Shown: positions 20,247 to 30,890 of the stretch, one piece after another
Numbering within the stretch: the stretch's first letter is position 1
Layout: each line of letters begins with the position of its first letter
Assembly: GCA_963850305.1 (NCBI GenBank)
Contig: CAWKKR010000007.1
Span: 448,001-512,000, forward strand
Reading direction: 5' to 3'
Length of the DNA: 64,000 bases
Source: an uncultured delta proteobacterium
Lineage (GTDB): Bacteria; Myxococcota_A; Polyangia; Polyangiales; Polyangiaceae
Program-made: the position numbers and the translations under genes
The notes under the pieces: model-generated
The model's input: only the letters and a program-made list of their open reading frames with translations
The model's database searches: none
Told to the model about the DNA's origin: nothing

Positions 20247-20855
20247 ATGCGTCTTGCCTTGCTCGGCCCGTCCGAGGGTCAAACGGAGGCGCTCGAAACC
20301 GTTGCGCGTTTCGTGCTGCAGGGGCACGCCGTCGATCGCGCGGTCTATCTTGGGCTCGATGGCGAGCTGGACGCCCTGGTGCGCCGCCTGGCCTCGGACC
20401 TCGTCGGGGACAACCCGAGCGAAGACGGAGTGTGGTCCCGCTCGGTACGAGCGTGCCTGCGAGCGACGCCGGTCGAGATCGATCGTTACCTCGGCGCCGA
20501 GCGAGAGCGCGCCGCGCTGCGGATCTTCGAGTCGCTCCCCGACGTCGAGACGCGCGCCGTGGAGATGCTCGCCGGCGCCCTGGTCGTTATGACCCATGAC
20601 AAGGGCGTGCTGACAGAGGAAGACATGCTGCCAGCCCGGGTCTTGATCTTCGGCAAGGCGAAGGCGGCCGTGGTCAAGCAGGTGGGGCCACGCTGGTTTC
20701 TGTCGCCCGGCAATCTGGTGGAGGGCGGGCTCATGACGCTGGACGACGACGACGACGGGATCGTGCTGAAGCTCTACGACTCCAGGTGTACCGAGCTGCG
20801 CACGGAACGGCTTTCGACCCAGCGCGCGACCAAGATGAAGGTCGGCGCGGGCTGA
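20247..20855 (+). CDS. Degenerate YfcE-like metallophosphoesterase-fold protein
   Basis: MRLALLG..., VYLG.D, VMTHD, LIFGK, FLSPG follow the calcineurin-like motif spacing; stop overlaps the nadD start. Confidence 0.55.
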   Translation: MRLALLGPSEGQTEALETVARFVLQGHAVDRAVYLGLDGELDALVRRLASDLVGDNPSEDGVWSRSVRACLRATPVEIDRYLGAERERAALRIFESLPDVETRAVEMLAGALVVMTHDKGVLTEEDMLPARVLIFGKAKAAVVKQVGPRWFLSPGNLVEGGLMTLDDDDDGIVLKLYDSRCTELRTERLSTQRATKMKVGAG

Positions 20856-21418
20856 TGAATGTCGCTCTCTTCGGCGGGAGCTTCGATCCGCCTCACATCG
20901 GACACGTTCTCGCCGCCGCCTACGCGCGGGCGACGGGAGAGTTCGAGCGTCTGCTGGTCGTTCCGGTCTACGCCCATGCGTTCGAGAAGCCCCTCTCGCC
21001 GTTTCCAGACCGGCTCGCCATGACGCGGCTCGCGATGTCCGGACTCGCGGAGACCGAGGTCTCTCCCGTCGAGGCATCCCTCGGCGCGCCGAGCCGCACG
21101 CTCCGGACCGTGCAGCACCTGCTGAGCGAACACCCCGAATATCGTCTGCGCCTGGTGGTCGGCTCGGACGTCCTCGGCGAGACCGGTAGCTGGCTGTCGT
21201 TCGAGCGGGTCATCGAGCTTTCTCCACTCTTCGTCCTCGATTGTCGTGGCTTCGAGCGGGCGGGCACGCCTGCGCCGGTCCTTCCCGCGGTCTCGTCCAC
21301 GGACGTACGCGCCAGGCTGCGCGCGTGCCAGGGCCCGCGCGCCGCCGACACCGAGCTACGCCAGCTCGTACCGCGCGCGGTGCTGCAATACATCGACGAA
21401 CGAGCACTGTACCGGTGA
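20855..21418 (+). CDS. nadD: Nicotinate-nucleotide adenylyltransferase
   Basis: FGGSFDPPHIGH, VVGSD, VSSTDVR, LVPRAVLQYI. Confidence 0.93.
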   Translation: MNVALFGGSFDPPHIGHVLAAAYARATGEFERLLVVPVYAHAFEKPLSPFPDRLAMTRLAMSGLAETEVSPVEASLGAPSRTLRTVQHLLSEHPEYRLRLVVGSDVLGETGSWLSFERVIELSPLFVLDCRGFERAGTPAPVLPAVSSTDVRARLRACQGPRAADTELRQLVPRAVLQYIDERALYR

Positions 21419-21451
21419 GCCCGCGTCGATTGTGGTAAATGGCGCCGCGCG

Positions 21452-22291
21452 ATGGGCATCCTGGACGGCAAAGCGATCGCCGTGACCGGCGCCGGCCGCG
21501 GCATCGGGCGGGCCGTCGCGCGGCTGCTTGCAAAAGAGGGCGCGTGCGTCCTGGTGAACGACGTGGGTTGCGATGTCCACGGCGCCGGCACGGACGCGTC
21601 GGTCGCGGACGCGGTCGTCGCGGAAATCGGGGCCGCGGGAGGCGCTGCCGCGAGCCATCACGAGTCGTGCGCCACTGCCGCAGGCGCGGAGAGCGTCGTT
21701 GCCGCGTGCGCGAGCGCGTTCGGTCGCGTGGATGCGCTGGTCTACGCGGCAGGCATCCTCGGGGACCAGGTGCTCGCCCGCGCGGACGAAGCGACGGTCC
21801 GTCGCGTCCTCGACGTGCACGTGATGGGCGCGTTCTTTGCCACTCGTGCCGCTGCGGCGTTCATGCAGCGCTCGGGTGGCGGTCGCATCGTGCTATCGAC
21901 GGGCGTCGCGGGCCTGTTCGGCAGTTTCGGGCAGAGCGCTTACTCGACGGCGGCGGCGGCGACCTACGGCCTAATGCGTGCGGCGTCGATCGAGCTCCAG
22001 CGGCACGGTGTGTTCGTGAACGCCGTGGCTCCGATCGCGAAGACCCGCCTCACCGAGGAACTCCCTCTGTTCGAACACGTGGACACCATGACGCCCGAGC
22101 ACGTCGCGCCGGCTTACCTGTTCTTCGCGAGCGAGCTCGCGACGGACCTCACCGGCAACGTCATGAACGTCGCCGGAGGCCGTATCAGCCTTTACCGGGT
22201 CGTCGAGACGGGCGGCCGGTTCAACGAAGCCGATGGCGGCATCTGGACGGCTCGAGAAATCCGGGATCACTGGAGCGCCGTCGGCAAATAG
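21452..22291 (+). CDS. SDR family oxidoreductase (MFE-2/HSD17B4-like)
   Basis: TGAGRGIGR, VNDVG, AGIL; YSTAA in place of YxxxK. Confidence 0.88.
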   Translation: MGILDGKAIAVTGAGRGIGRAVARLLAKEGACVLVNDVGCDVHGAGTDASVADAVVAEIGAAGGAAASHHESCATAAGAESVVAACASAFGRVDALVYAAGILGDQVLARADEATVRRVLDVHVMGAFFATRAAAAFMQRSGGGRIVLSTGVAGLFGSFGQSAYSTAAAATYGLMRAASIELQRHGVFVNAVAPIAKTRLTEELPLFEHVDTMTPEHVAPAYLFFASELATDLTGNVMNVAGGRISLYRVVETGGRFNEADGGIWTAREIRDHWSAVGK

Positions 22292-22444
22292 TAACTGCTG
22301 GCGATATCGGCAGGCAGGTCTCCATCCTGGGGCAACCCCGCCGCTGGCGCGAGCGATGCTTCGGGCGGTAGATTTGCTGGCCGCTAAGCCTGATGTTAGC
22401 GTTTCGCGGCTGGAGGTAGCGATGGTCGTGCCCCAGTCGCGCGC

Positions 22445-24235
22445 ATGTCTCGCGAGCCGCATATCCCGCTCTTCCTCTGGATCGCGACGGCGCTTCTGGT
22501 GCACCTGACCGGCGGCGAAGGGGCGCAGCGCGCCGCGGACCTGATCGGCGAGCGGCTCGAAGTGCAGCGATTCGCGGACGCGGTGCGCCGGCACGTCCGT
22601 TCTTCCGCGCGAACCGTGGAAGTGGCGCTGGTCGATGAAAAGGACGAACCGCTGCCACCCGATGACGTGAAGCCCGACAACACCGCGCCCGACACGAAGA
22701 CGGAATCGAAGGAGCCCTCGCCGGACACCGTGGTCCCCCGGCGGGACAAGACTAAACCCAAGCCTGTCGACCTCAAGGAAAAGGAGAAAGCAAAGGAGCT
22801 CGCGAAGCCGAAGGAGGTCGAGAAGCCCAAGGTCGCCGAGGAAAAGAAGAAAGACGCGCCGAAGCAAGACCTGCCGGTGGTTCGCGTCCAGAACCGGATC
22901 GCCGTCGCGCAGAACGTCCAGGACAAGAACCAGAAGGACAATCCCAACGCGCAGTTCATCGGCAACGAGGCGAACCACGTTCAGCAGCAGACGCGAGCGC
23001 GCATCACTGCCACCGATCAGAACGACCCCAATCCGACGCCAGGCTCCGCCGAGCCCGGCCCGACCCCCGATCCGGGCAACGCGCACGTGAACGACGTCGC
23101 GAACTCCGAGGACTCTCCGGGACGCGCCGATCACGCGCCGAACGCACACGCGGCCGGGGCCCGGACTGCCTCGGCGAAAGAGCCCGCCGCGAGCGGCGCC
23201 GCCGCGAAGGTGCGGGAGGTCACGCCGGGCTCGCACAAGGGTCAATCGACGGGGGACGCCAGGGGTTCGCAGACCGCGGACGCGCAGAAGCTCCAGCCCG
23301 AGCGCGAGGCGATGGCCGGCGCCACCGCGACGCACGAGGCGCCCGACATCCAGACGTCCCGAGACGGTGCGGAGGCCACCGGCCGAGCCGCGGACGAGAG
23401 AGTGGCACAGGAAGCTCACCCCGCGCGACCCAAGCGTCTACCGCCGATGCGCGGCGAGTCGGATCCGCTCGACTTCCTCGGACTCGGCGCGAGCGGCACG
23501 ACCGCGGGCGGGATCAATCTGAACCTCACGCCAGGCGCGGCTCTCGCCGCAGTGGGACACGACGAGCTCGGTCGTGAGCTCGTCGCCGACGGCGAACGAC
23601 GTCGCAGCAAGCACCGTGGTTCGTGGCACACGGTCGGCATCGAGCGCTGGCGAGCCGCGATCGAAAACTACGACTCGAGCGTCAAGCCTGGCAACCAGAC
23701 CGCCCTCAACACGGCGCGCGTGCCATTCGCGACCTACCTGAACCAGATCCACAACCGCATTCATCCGATCTTCGCGGACGGCTTCCTCGCGTCGCTCGAC
23801 TCGCTGCCGGCGGACAACCCGATGAACCGCCCGGACATGAAGACGAACCTCGAGATCGTCCTCGACAAGGACGAGGGAAAGATCGTCAGGATGGGCGTCA
23901 CTCGCTCCAGCGGCTCGACCATGTTCGACGTGGCGGCGCTCGAATCCGTACAGAACGCCTCGCCGTTCGGTAAACCGCCGTCGGTCATTGTGTCGCCGGA
24001 CGGGCGGGTCTACTTGCACTGGGAGTTCTACCGGAATCCTTATTACGCTTGCTCGACCTACTTCGCTCATCCGTACATGCTGAAGGCCTCCCCCGAGAGC
24101 GCGCCGTCGCACCTTCCCGCGCCCGTGCCGCCGGCATTCGGACCGCACGAACAGCCCCTCCCAGCGCCTGGCCGGGGGGATCTCGGCACGCTCGATCCCT
24201 CGTATCTCGGTGGACCGCGCGCACGGCCCGAATAG
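22445..24235 (+). CDS. TonB/TolA-like protein with C-terminal TonB domain
   Basis: N-terminal TM with H (LLVHL); Lys/Glu/Pro linker; SSGSTMFDVAAL...ASPFGKPP. Confidence 0.78.
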   Translation: MSREPHIPLFLWIATALLVHLTGGEGAQRAADLIGERLEVQRFADAVRRHVRSSARTVEVALVDEKDEPLPPDDVKPDNTAPDTKTESKEPSPDTVVPRRDKTKPKPVDLKEKEKAKELAKPKEVEKPKVAEEKKKDAPKQDLPVVRVQNRIAVAQNVQDKNQKDNPNAQFIGNEANHVQQQTRARITATDQNDPNPTPGSAEPGPTPDPGNAHVNDVANSEDSPGRADHAPNAHAAGARTASAKEPAASGAAAKVREVTPGSHKGQSTGDARGSQTADAQKLQPEREAMAGATATHEAPDIQTSRDGAEATGRAADERVAQEAHPARPKRLPPMRGESDPLDFLGLGASGTTAGGINLNLTPGAALAAVGHDELGRELVADGERRRSKHRGSWHTVGIERWRAAIENYDSSVKPGNQTALNTARVPFATYLNQIHNRIHPIFADGFLASLDSLPADNPMNRPDMKTNLEIVLDKDEGKIVRMGVTRSSGSTMFDVAALESVQNASPFGKPPSVIVSPDGRVYLHWEFYRNPYYACSTYFAHPYMLKASPESAPSHLPAPVPPAFGPHEQPLPAPGRGDLGTLDPSYLGGPRARPE

Positions 24236-24251
24236 CCGGGAGCGAGCGCGC

Positions 24252-25319
24252 ATGAGCTCGCTCGAGCTCAGTGGCGGCGCCGTGACGGTCTCCGATCCGG
24301 ACAAGTGGGGTGCCTCTTCCCCTGCACTCCTTCGGGTCGTCGCTGTCGTCTCCTGGGCTGCGCTCTTCGTGCGTCTCGTCGCGGCCGCGTTGCCTGGTTC
24401 GCGTTCGGGGATCGCGACGTGGATCGTCCGCTCGGATCTGGCGTCGAGCCTCCTGACCCAGAGCGCCGCGTTGCTCGGCTCGGCGTTGCTCGTGCTCCTC
24501 GCCATCGGAACGCTCGCGGAACGCGGGCTCCCTTACATGTATCGCATCGCTCTCATTCCGACCTCGGTCGTCGTCGTGATGCTCGTGATGCTCGCGGCCA
24601 CGACGGGGCTCGAGCCCGCCGGGAGCCTCGCGCTCGGCTCCGCGTGCCTCTTGCTTTCGGCTTCAGGGGCAGGGGCCGCCCTGCGCGTCCCATCGACACG
24701 CGCAACAGGGATGGTACTCACGCTCGTCATTCTCGGAGCGACGGGCCAGCTCGCGGTCCGGTTCCTCTCGATGGACGCGTCGCATCGGGACCCCGCATGG
24801 ATCACCCGCGCTTCGTGGCTCGCGACGACGGGACACGCCTTCGACGCGTTCGGCATCGCGCTCGCGGCGGCCCGACTCAGGGCCGAGCAGCGCGGGCGCG
24901 CGGCGCTGGCCCTCGTGGTCGTGATTGCGCTCGCGATCCTGCTCTCGTGGGGTGCGATGCGCGGTTCGCTCGACGGCGCGCCCCTCTGGCAAGTACTCGC
25001 GGACCGCGCGATGAGCGAGCTCACGACGTCGCCGATCGCGTTCAGCACGCTTGCGAGCCGCACGTCGGTCGATGTTCTCGCGGTCCTTCTCGCGGGCGTG
25101 ATCGTGGCCTGGCCGGGGCGTATTTCGGTCGGCGCGATGTGTGCCGCGCTCGCCTTGACGGCGCGCGCGGGAGTCGACGTCCCCGAAGCGGCGCTCGTCC
25201 TGTCGCTCGGTGCTCTGGCCGCACCCCTCGGCGGCATGCCGATCTCGGAGAGCACTGCAAGCAGGCGCGCGACGCACGCAGCGGAGCCCGAACGGAGCGG
25301 CTCGGCTGGAAGAGCATGA
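24252..25319 (+). CDS. Polytopic membrane protein, unknown function
   Basis: Many hydrophobic segments; stop overlaps the next ATG. Confidence 0.7.
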   Translation: MSSLELSGGAVTVSDPDKWGASSPALLRVVAVVSWAALFVRLVAAALPGSRSGIATWIVRSDLASSLLTQSAALLGSALLVLLAIGTLAERGLPYMYRIALIPTSVVVVMLVMLAATTGLEPAGSLALGSACLLLSASGAGAALRVPSTRATGMVLTLVILGATGQLAVRFLSMDASHRDPAWITRASWLATTGHAFDAFGIALAAARLRAEQRGRAALALVVVIALAILLSWGAMRGSLDGAPLWQVLADRAMSELTTSPIAFSTLASRTSVDVLAVLLAGVIVAWPGRISVGAMCAALALTARAGVDVPEAALVLSLGALAAPLGGMPISESTASRRATHAAEPERSGSAGRA

Positions 25320-25675
25320 AGGCCAGGGCCATCTTGCGTCGCGCGCTCTTCCCCGCCGTGCTTCTTGCGCTCCTGCTCACGAGTGGTTGCCATCATCCGC
25401 AACCCGCTCCTGCCGAGCGCGGTCGTGACGTCTTCCTGGCCAACTGCGCCCGGTGTCACGGCCCCGACGCTCGAGGCACGCACCCTCCCGGCTTCACCGT
25501 CGCACCCCGCGACCTCACCGATCCGGCGCTCCAGGCGCGTCTCGACGACAAGGCGATTCGCGAAACCATCCGCTACGGCAAAGGCCAGATGCCCCCCTTC
25601 GGTGCCGCCCTATCCGACAACGAAGTGACCGACCTCACCGCCTACATCCGCACCCTCAGACGATCCGCGCCATAA
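25316..25675 (+). CDS. Monoheme cytochrome c lipoprotein
   Basis: LTSGC lipobox, CARCH heme motif, GQMPPF axial Met. Confidence 0.9.
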   Translation: MKARAILRRALFPAVLLALLLTSGCHHPQPAPAERGRDVFLANCARCHGPDARGTHPPGFTVAPRDLTDPALQARLDDKAIRETIRYGKGQMPPFGAALSDNEVTDLTAYIRTLRRSAP

Positions 25676-25703
25676 GCGGAGGCGAGGCGCGACGCCAAGG
25701 GCA

Positions 25704-25959
25704 GACGCGGAGGGTCCGATTGCGAAGACCGCGCGGGTAGCCGTGCGGGTGAGGCGCGGAAGCGTGCGAACGCCCGCTGAGGCCCGAGAGCGCCGAGATG
25801 TCCGCGGGGTGGACGGCAGGCGAAAATGGAGACGCGGAGGGTCGATTGCGAAGACCGCGTGGGTAGCTGTGCGGGTGAGGCGCGGAAGCGTGCGAACGCA
25901 CGGCGAGCACCGAGAGCGCGCAGATGCCCGCGCGCTCGAAGCAAGCGACCCTCGGCGTC
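25704..25959. repeat. Tandem copies B (3'-truncated, 25704-~25810) and C (25831-25959) of the palindromic element
   Basis: 127-nt period; shared 24-nt core; copy C has 13/14 terminal inverted repeat. Confidence 0.88.
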
Positions 25960-28900
25960 AGTTGCAGGCGCCGGCGGTGCACGTCTTCGGACTCGCGCAC
26001 GCCAGATCGCTGCTGTTGTTGTAGCTGTGATTCCAGCTCTCCGCGGTCACGAGCTGCGCCTTCAGCTGATCCGACTGACACACGAGCAGATCGGTGTTGC
26101 TCGCGATGGTCAGGTTGCCGGCGACGTTCGTCAGAGTTCCCGTCGGCTTGATCAGACCCGTGATCGATGTGAGCACCCCGTTCCCATAGATCTGAAGGTA
26201 ATCGTTCGTCGTCGTGCCCACGCTCGAGAGCTTCGTGAGCCCGCCGAGGCTCGTCAGCGCGCCGTCGTACTGAATGTTGAAGTAACCCCCGACCGTCGTC
26301 AGCGCCGAGAGGCCGCCCACGTTGGTGAGCGAATTGTTGTTGTAGATCTGGAAATAGCCGCCGACCGTCTTGAGCGCCGTCAGTGCGTTCACATTCGTGA
26401 TGGCGTCCGACTGGAGGTTGAAATAGCCGCCGACCGTCGTGAGTGCCCCGAGGCCGTTGAGGCTCGTGAGCGAGCTGTCGTTGGTGATGCTGAGCTCCGC
26501 GTCGACGCTCTGCAGGTTCGCCAGCCCGTTCAAATTGGGGATGGCCGTGCTGTCGATGTGGAGCGACCCGGCGACCTCCGTGACGTTCTTCATCCAGGCG
26601 ATGTCCGCGGCCGTCGCGATCGAGACGTTACCGGTGAACACGCCGCTCTGGCCGGCGGTGCCGCCGGCACCCGCCGTGCAGGCCGCAGCCGTACACGTCG
26701 TGCAGCCGGAGTTCGCACCGCTCTCGTTGTTGTCCGACTGGACGGCGAGCTTGGTGGCGAGGGCGTTGACCTCGCACGCGGAGAGCAACGGGTTGCCCGC
26801 AATGTCCAGGATGTTGCCGAGCGCGCCGCTCTTCAATGTTCCGGACCTCAACCCGGTGATGTCGGCCAGGACGGCGTTCGACGTCACCATCAGGTTCAGC
26901 CCGATCGCCGTGAGCTTGTCGATGCCGTCGAACTGGGCGAGCGCGGGGTTGTCGTAGATATTGAGCGAGCCGCCGATCTGTCCGAGGGTCCCGAAGCCCG
27001 CGATGCTCTGGAGACCGCTGTCCGCGTAGATGTTCAGGTTGCCGATGATGTCGGTGAGGCCTCCGAAGCCCGCGATCGTATGCACGCCGTCGCTGTAGAT
27101 GTCGACGTCGGCATTGGCTGTCGCATAGGCCGTGAACCCGCCGATGCTCGTCAGCGCGGGATCGTTGTAGATGAGCAACGCGCCGCCGGTCGTGGTGAGC
27201 GCCGCGAACCCGTCGCTCGCGTCGAGCGCCGAGAGCTTGGCGTCGTCGTGGAGCTCCAGGGTGCCGCCGATGGTAGCGAGCTGCCCGAAGCCGCCAATCG
27301 TCGCGAGCACCCCGTTGCTGTAGATCTTCACGCTTCCGGACACGTTCGTGAGCGCTCCGAAGCCGCTGATCGACGTGAGCGCTCCGTCGTTGTCGATATG
27401 AATGTCGCCCTCGACGTCGCTGAGGGTGCTGAAGCCGCTGATGGTCGTGAGCGCGCTGTTGCCTTCGATGTAGATGTACTGCGCGACCGACGTGAGCGCG
27501 TTCAGCGCAGAAGAGAAGCTCGCGAGGGACGAGTTCTGGGAGATGTTGACGTACTGGCCCACCGTCTGCAGCGCGGACAGCCCGCCGATGTTCTGAACGC
27601 CGTTCGAGTAAATCTGCAGGTAGCCGCCGATGGAGTTGAGCGCCGTCATCCCGAGGCTGGTCAGCGCGCCGTTATACTGGACGTTCAGGTATCCACCGAC
27701 GGACGTAAGGTTCGTCAGCGCATTGACGTTCGTGAGGGCGCCATTGTTGTAGAGCTGGAAGTAGCCGCCGACGGTCTGCAGGGCGCCGAGACCGGTGAGG
27801 CTCGTGAGAGCGCTGTCGCTCTGGATGTTCAGGTTGCCGTCGATCGTCGTCAGTGCTCCGAGGCCGTTCAACGTCGTGATCGAGCCGTCGTTCGAGATGT
27901 CGACGTTGCCGGTCACGTGCGTCAGCGCTCCGAGGCCGGTGAGGACCGAGAGCGAAGTGCTGTCGATCGTCAGGTTGCCGTCGATTTCCGTCACGGTGGC
28001 CAGGGTTGCGAGATCGCTCGTCGTCGAGACGGTGACGTTCCCGGTATAGACGCCGTTCTGACCGGCGGTGCCACCCGGAGTGCCCGAGCACGTCGCTCCG
28101 GTGCACGCGGTGCACCCCTGGTTGCAGCAACTCTGGTCCGTCCCCGCCCATGAGCCCGTTGCCTCCAGCTCGTCCAGGAGCGCACTGACTTCGCAGCTCG
28201 GCAACGCGGGGTTGTTGGAGATCGCGAAGTTGTTGCCGACCGTCTGCATCTGGGCGGACAGAAGCCCGTTGATGCTCGAGAGCGCCTGGTTGTCCTGGAT
28301 GTCGAGATCGGTGCCGACATTCTTCAACTTCGAGATGCTGTCGAAGTTAGTCAGCTTCGGATTCCGGATGATCGCGAGATACGCGCCGATGTCCGTGAGA
28401 TTACCGAACGCGGTGCCGTTGAACGACGTCAACAGGGGGTTGTTCTGGATCTCGAGGTGGCCGATGATCTTTTGCAGGTTCCCGAAGCCGGAGAGCGTCG
28501 CGAGCGCCGCATTGTCGTGGATCTCGATGTGGCGGTTCGCAGTGGTAAATCCGCCGAATCCGGTGATGCTCGAGAGCGCGCCGTTGTTGTAAAGAGTGAC
28601 GTCGCTGCCGACGAACTGCACGGCCCCGAATCCCGCCAGGGTCGTCATCGCCGCGTTGTCGTGGATGGTCACCGAACCAGTCACGTTCGCGAGCGCGCCA
28701 AACCCGGTGACGTTGCCGAGCGCGGCCTCCGTGTCGATGTCGATCCCGCCCACGTCCGTGACGTGCGTGAAACCGGCCAGGGTCGTCTGCTTGGCATCGT
28801 TGTTGAAGGTGATCGTGCCGCCGACCGTCTGCAGCTTGGTGAACCCATCGCACGCGGTCATGACCGAGTTACCCGTGACGGAGACATACCCGCTCACGTT

Positions 28901-30546
28901 CGCCAGATTCGCGAAGCCGATGATGTTGGTGAGGGCGCCGTTCTGGGCGATATTGACGTATCCGCTCACGGTCGTGAGCGCGGGGAAGCCCTTCAGGGTG
29001 AGGATCCCGTTCGAGTACACCTGCAGGTACCCGCCCACCTGTACGAGGGCAGGGAACGCGCTGTCCATACTCAGCAGGTTCCCGTTGTACTGGACGTTCA
29101 GGTAGTCCGTGACCTCGACGAGGTTCGTGAACCCGGTCACGTTGTTCAGGGTGCCGTTGTTGTAGATGTTCAGGTTGCCAGTCGTCTTCAGTGTCGCGAG
29201 TCCCGTCAGATCGTTCAGAACGCCATCGCTCTGGATCTGGAGGCCGCCCATGACCGTCGTGAGCCCCGTCAGGCCCTTCAGCGACGTCATGCTGCCGTTG
29301 TTGTTGATGTTCACGCTGCCCCCGACCCACTGCAGCGATTCCATCCCGGTGAGGTTCACGAGAGCCGTGCTGTTGATGTTGACGTTCCCCTGAACGCAGG
29401 TGGTGTGTGCGGTCTGGAAATTCGCGATGTCGGTCGTCGTGCTGATGTTCAGATCGCCCGGGGTGATCGTGCCCAGACAACCTTCCGGCTGAATCTCGGT
29501 GCCGCACACGCCTGCGATGCACGTCGCGGGGCCGGACGTCGTGTCGCACGCAGTCTCGTTGCCGCAGGTCGTCCCGCACGAGGTCGGAACGTTGAGGGTC
29601 GTCTCGCAGCCGTCATCGGGGTCGGGCGTGCTGCAGTTTCGCGTTCCGGCCGCGCAGGGTACGCAGGTTCCTACGATGCATGTCTGCGCTTCTCCGCCCG
29701 GGCACGGAACCGTTGCTCCCCACGATTTACCGTCGTCCGCGCAGGTCTGGTAGCCGTTGCCGGAGCATTGCGTCGCGCTGGGTTGGCAAATCTGCCCGCC
29801 GGTTCCCGCTCCGCCGGTTCCCGCTCCGCCGGTTCCCGCTCCGCCGGTTCCGCTCCGCCGGTTCCCGCTCCGCCGGTTCCCGCTCCGCCGGTTCCCGCTC
29901 CGCCGGTTCCCGCTCCGCCGGTTCCCGCTCCGCCGGTTCCCGCTCCGCCGCCGCTCTCGGCGCCGCCTGTGCCGGGGGTGCCGCCGCTCTCGACCCCTTC
30001 GCCGCCCGCGCCGGAATCGACGGCCGAGCCGCCCGCGCCGATGCCACCGCCCGCGCCGATGCCGCCGCCCGCGCCGGTACCGCCGCCCGCTCCCGCGTCG
30101 AGGACCGTGACTGCTCCGATTAGCTTGCCGTTCGCGACTTCACTCGGATTGGCGCAGACCGTTTGAACGCAAACCTCGCCGGAGATGCAGTCGCGCTGCG
30201 TCGCGCACTGATTGTGACACCGTTGGTCGATCGCGCAGATGAGAGGGGCGATGCATTGCGAGTTGAGTGTGCACGTCGCTTCCGACTCGAGCTGGCAGAC
30301 GCTCGACTTCGGGCCGCCGTCGACACCGCCGACCGTCACGCAGCGCTGATTCGCGGGACAATCCTTCGCGTTCGCGCACTCGATGTGACAGAGCCCGAAG
30401 CTGCAGATGAGCCCGCCGGAGCAGTCGCTGTTCAGCGTGCACTGCGTCGCCGCCGGGGAGTGCGAGCTGCTCGAGCCGCAGCCCGCCGCGACGACGAACG
30501 CGAGTCCCATACTCCCGAGCGCCAGCCAGCGACGAACCTTGCCCAT
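25958..30546 (-). CDS. Giant (~1529 aa) surface lipoprotein: Cys-rich domains, Gly-rich linker, receptor-L-domain/LRR-like solenoid repeats (frameshift ~29850)
   Basis: AAGC lipobox; ~25-aa repeats like NxxLTSLxGLxALTTVGGYLxIY; restoring one base in the 15-bp repeat fuses ORFs 29671..30639 and 25958..29509. Confidence 0.85.
29796..29950. repeat. 15-bp tandem repeat CCGCCGGTTCCCGCT x10 (codes GTGGA)
   Basis: Counted directly; the 4th unit (29841-29854) is 14 bp. Confidence 0.95.
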
Positions 30547-30890
30547 GACCTCGGACCTCTCCGACGAAGAAAGCGACATGCGAAAAACCTCTGTTGGCTC
30601 CCCCGAGACACCGTGCGGAGGAGGAAGACTGCGAGTCATCGCGGAGACAATTGCCCTCGCGAATCACCCGGCACGATACAACGAGTCCACCTCGCTTGGA
30701 TAGTGTCCAGGAGTCCCACGGCTCGTTAGTTTTTCGATTCGTCGGTTCATCGTCATGGTCGTCCGTGGTTTGCCGTTCCTTCGGATTCCCGAAATATTCG
30801 TGCGCCCTTTCCAATGGAGCAGCAAAAGGCGTCTCCTCTCGTGGTTGCTCTCGGTGGTGTGATAACTTCTTCAACTTCCGAACCATTGCC

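Noticed and set aside
25826..28153. Long antisense or alternative-frame ORFs (e.g. 25826..28153, 28457..30166, 46310..48229, 1299..2990)
   Set aside because: Shadow ORFs of real genes, expected with high-GC codon bias; Arg/Pro-rich and without motifs.
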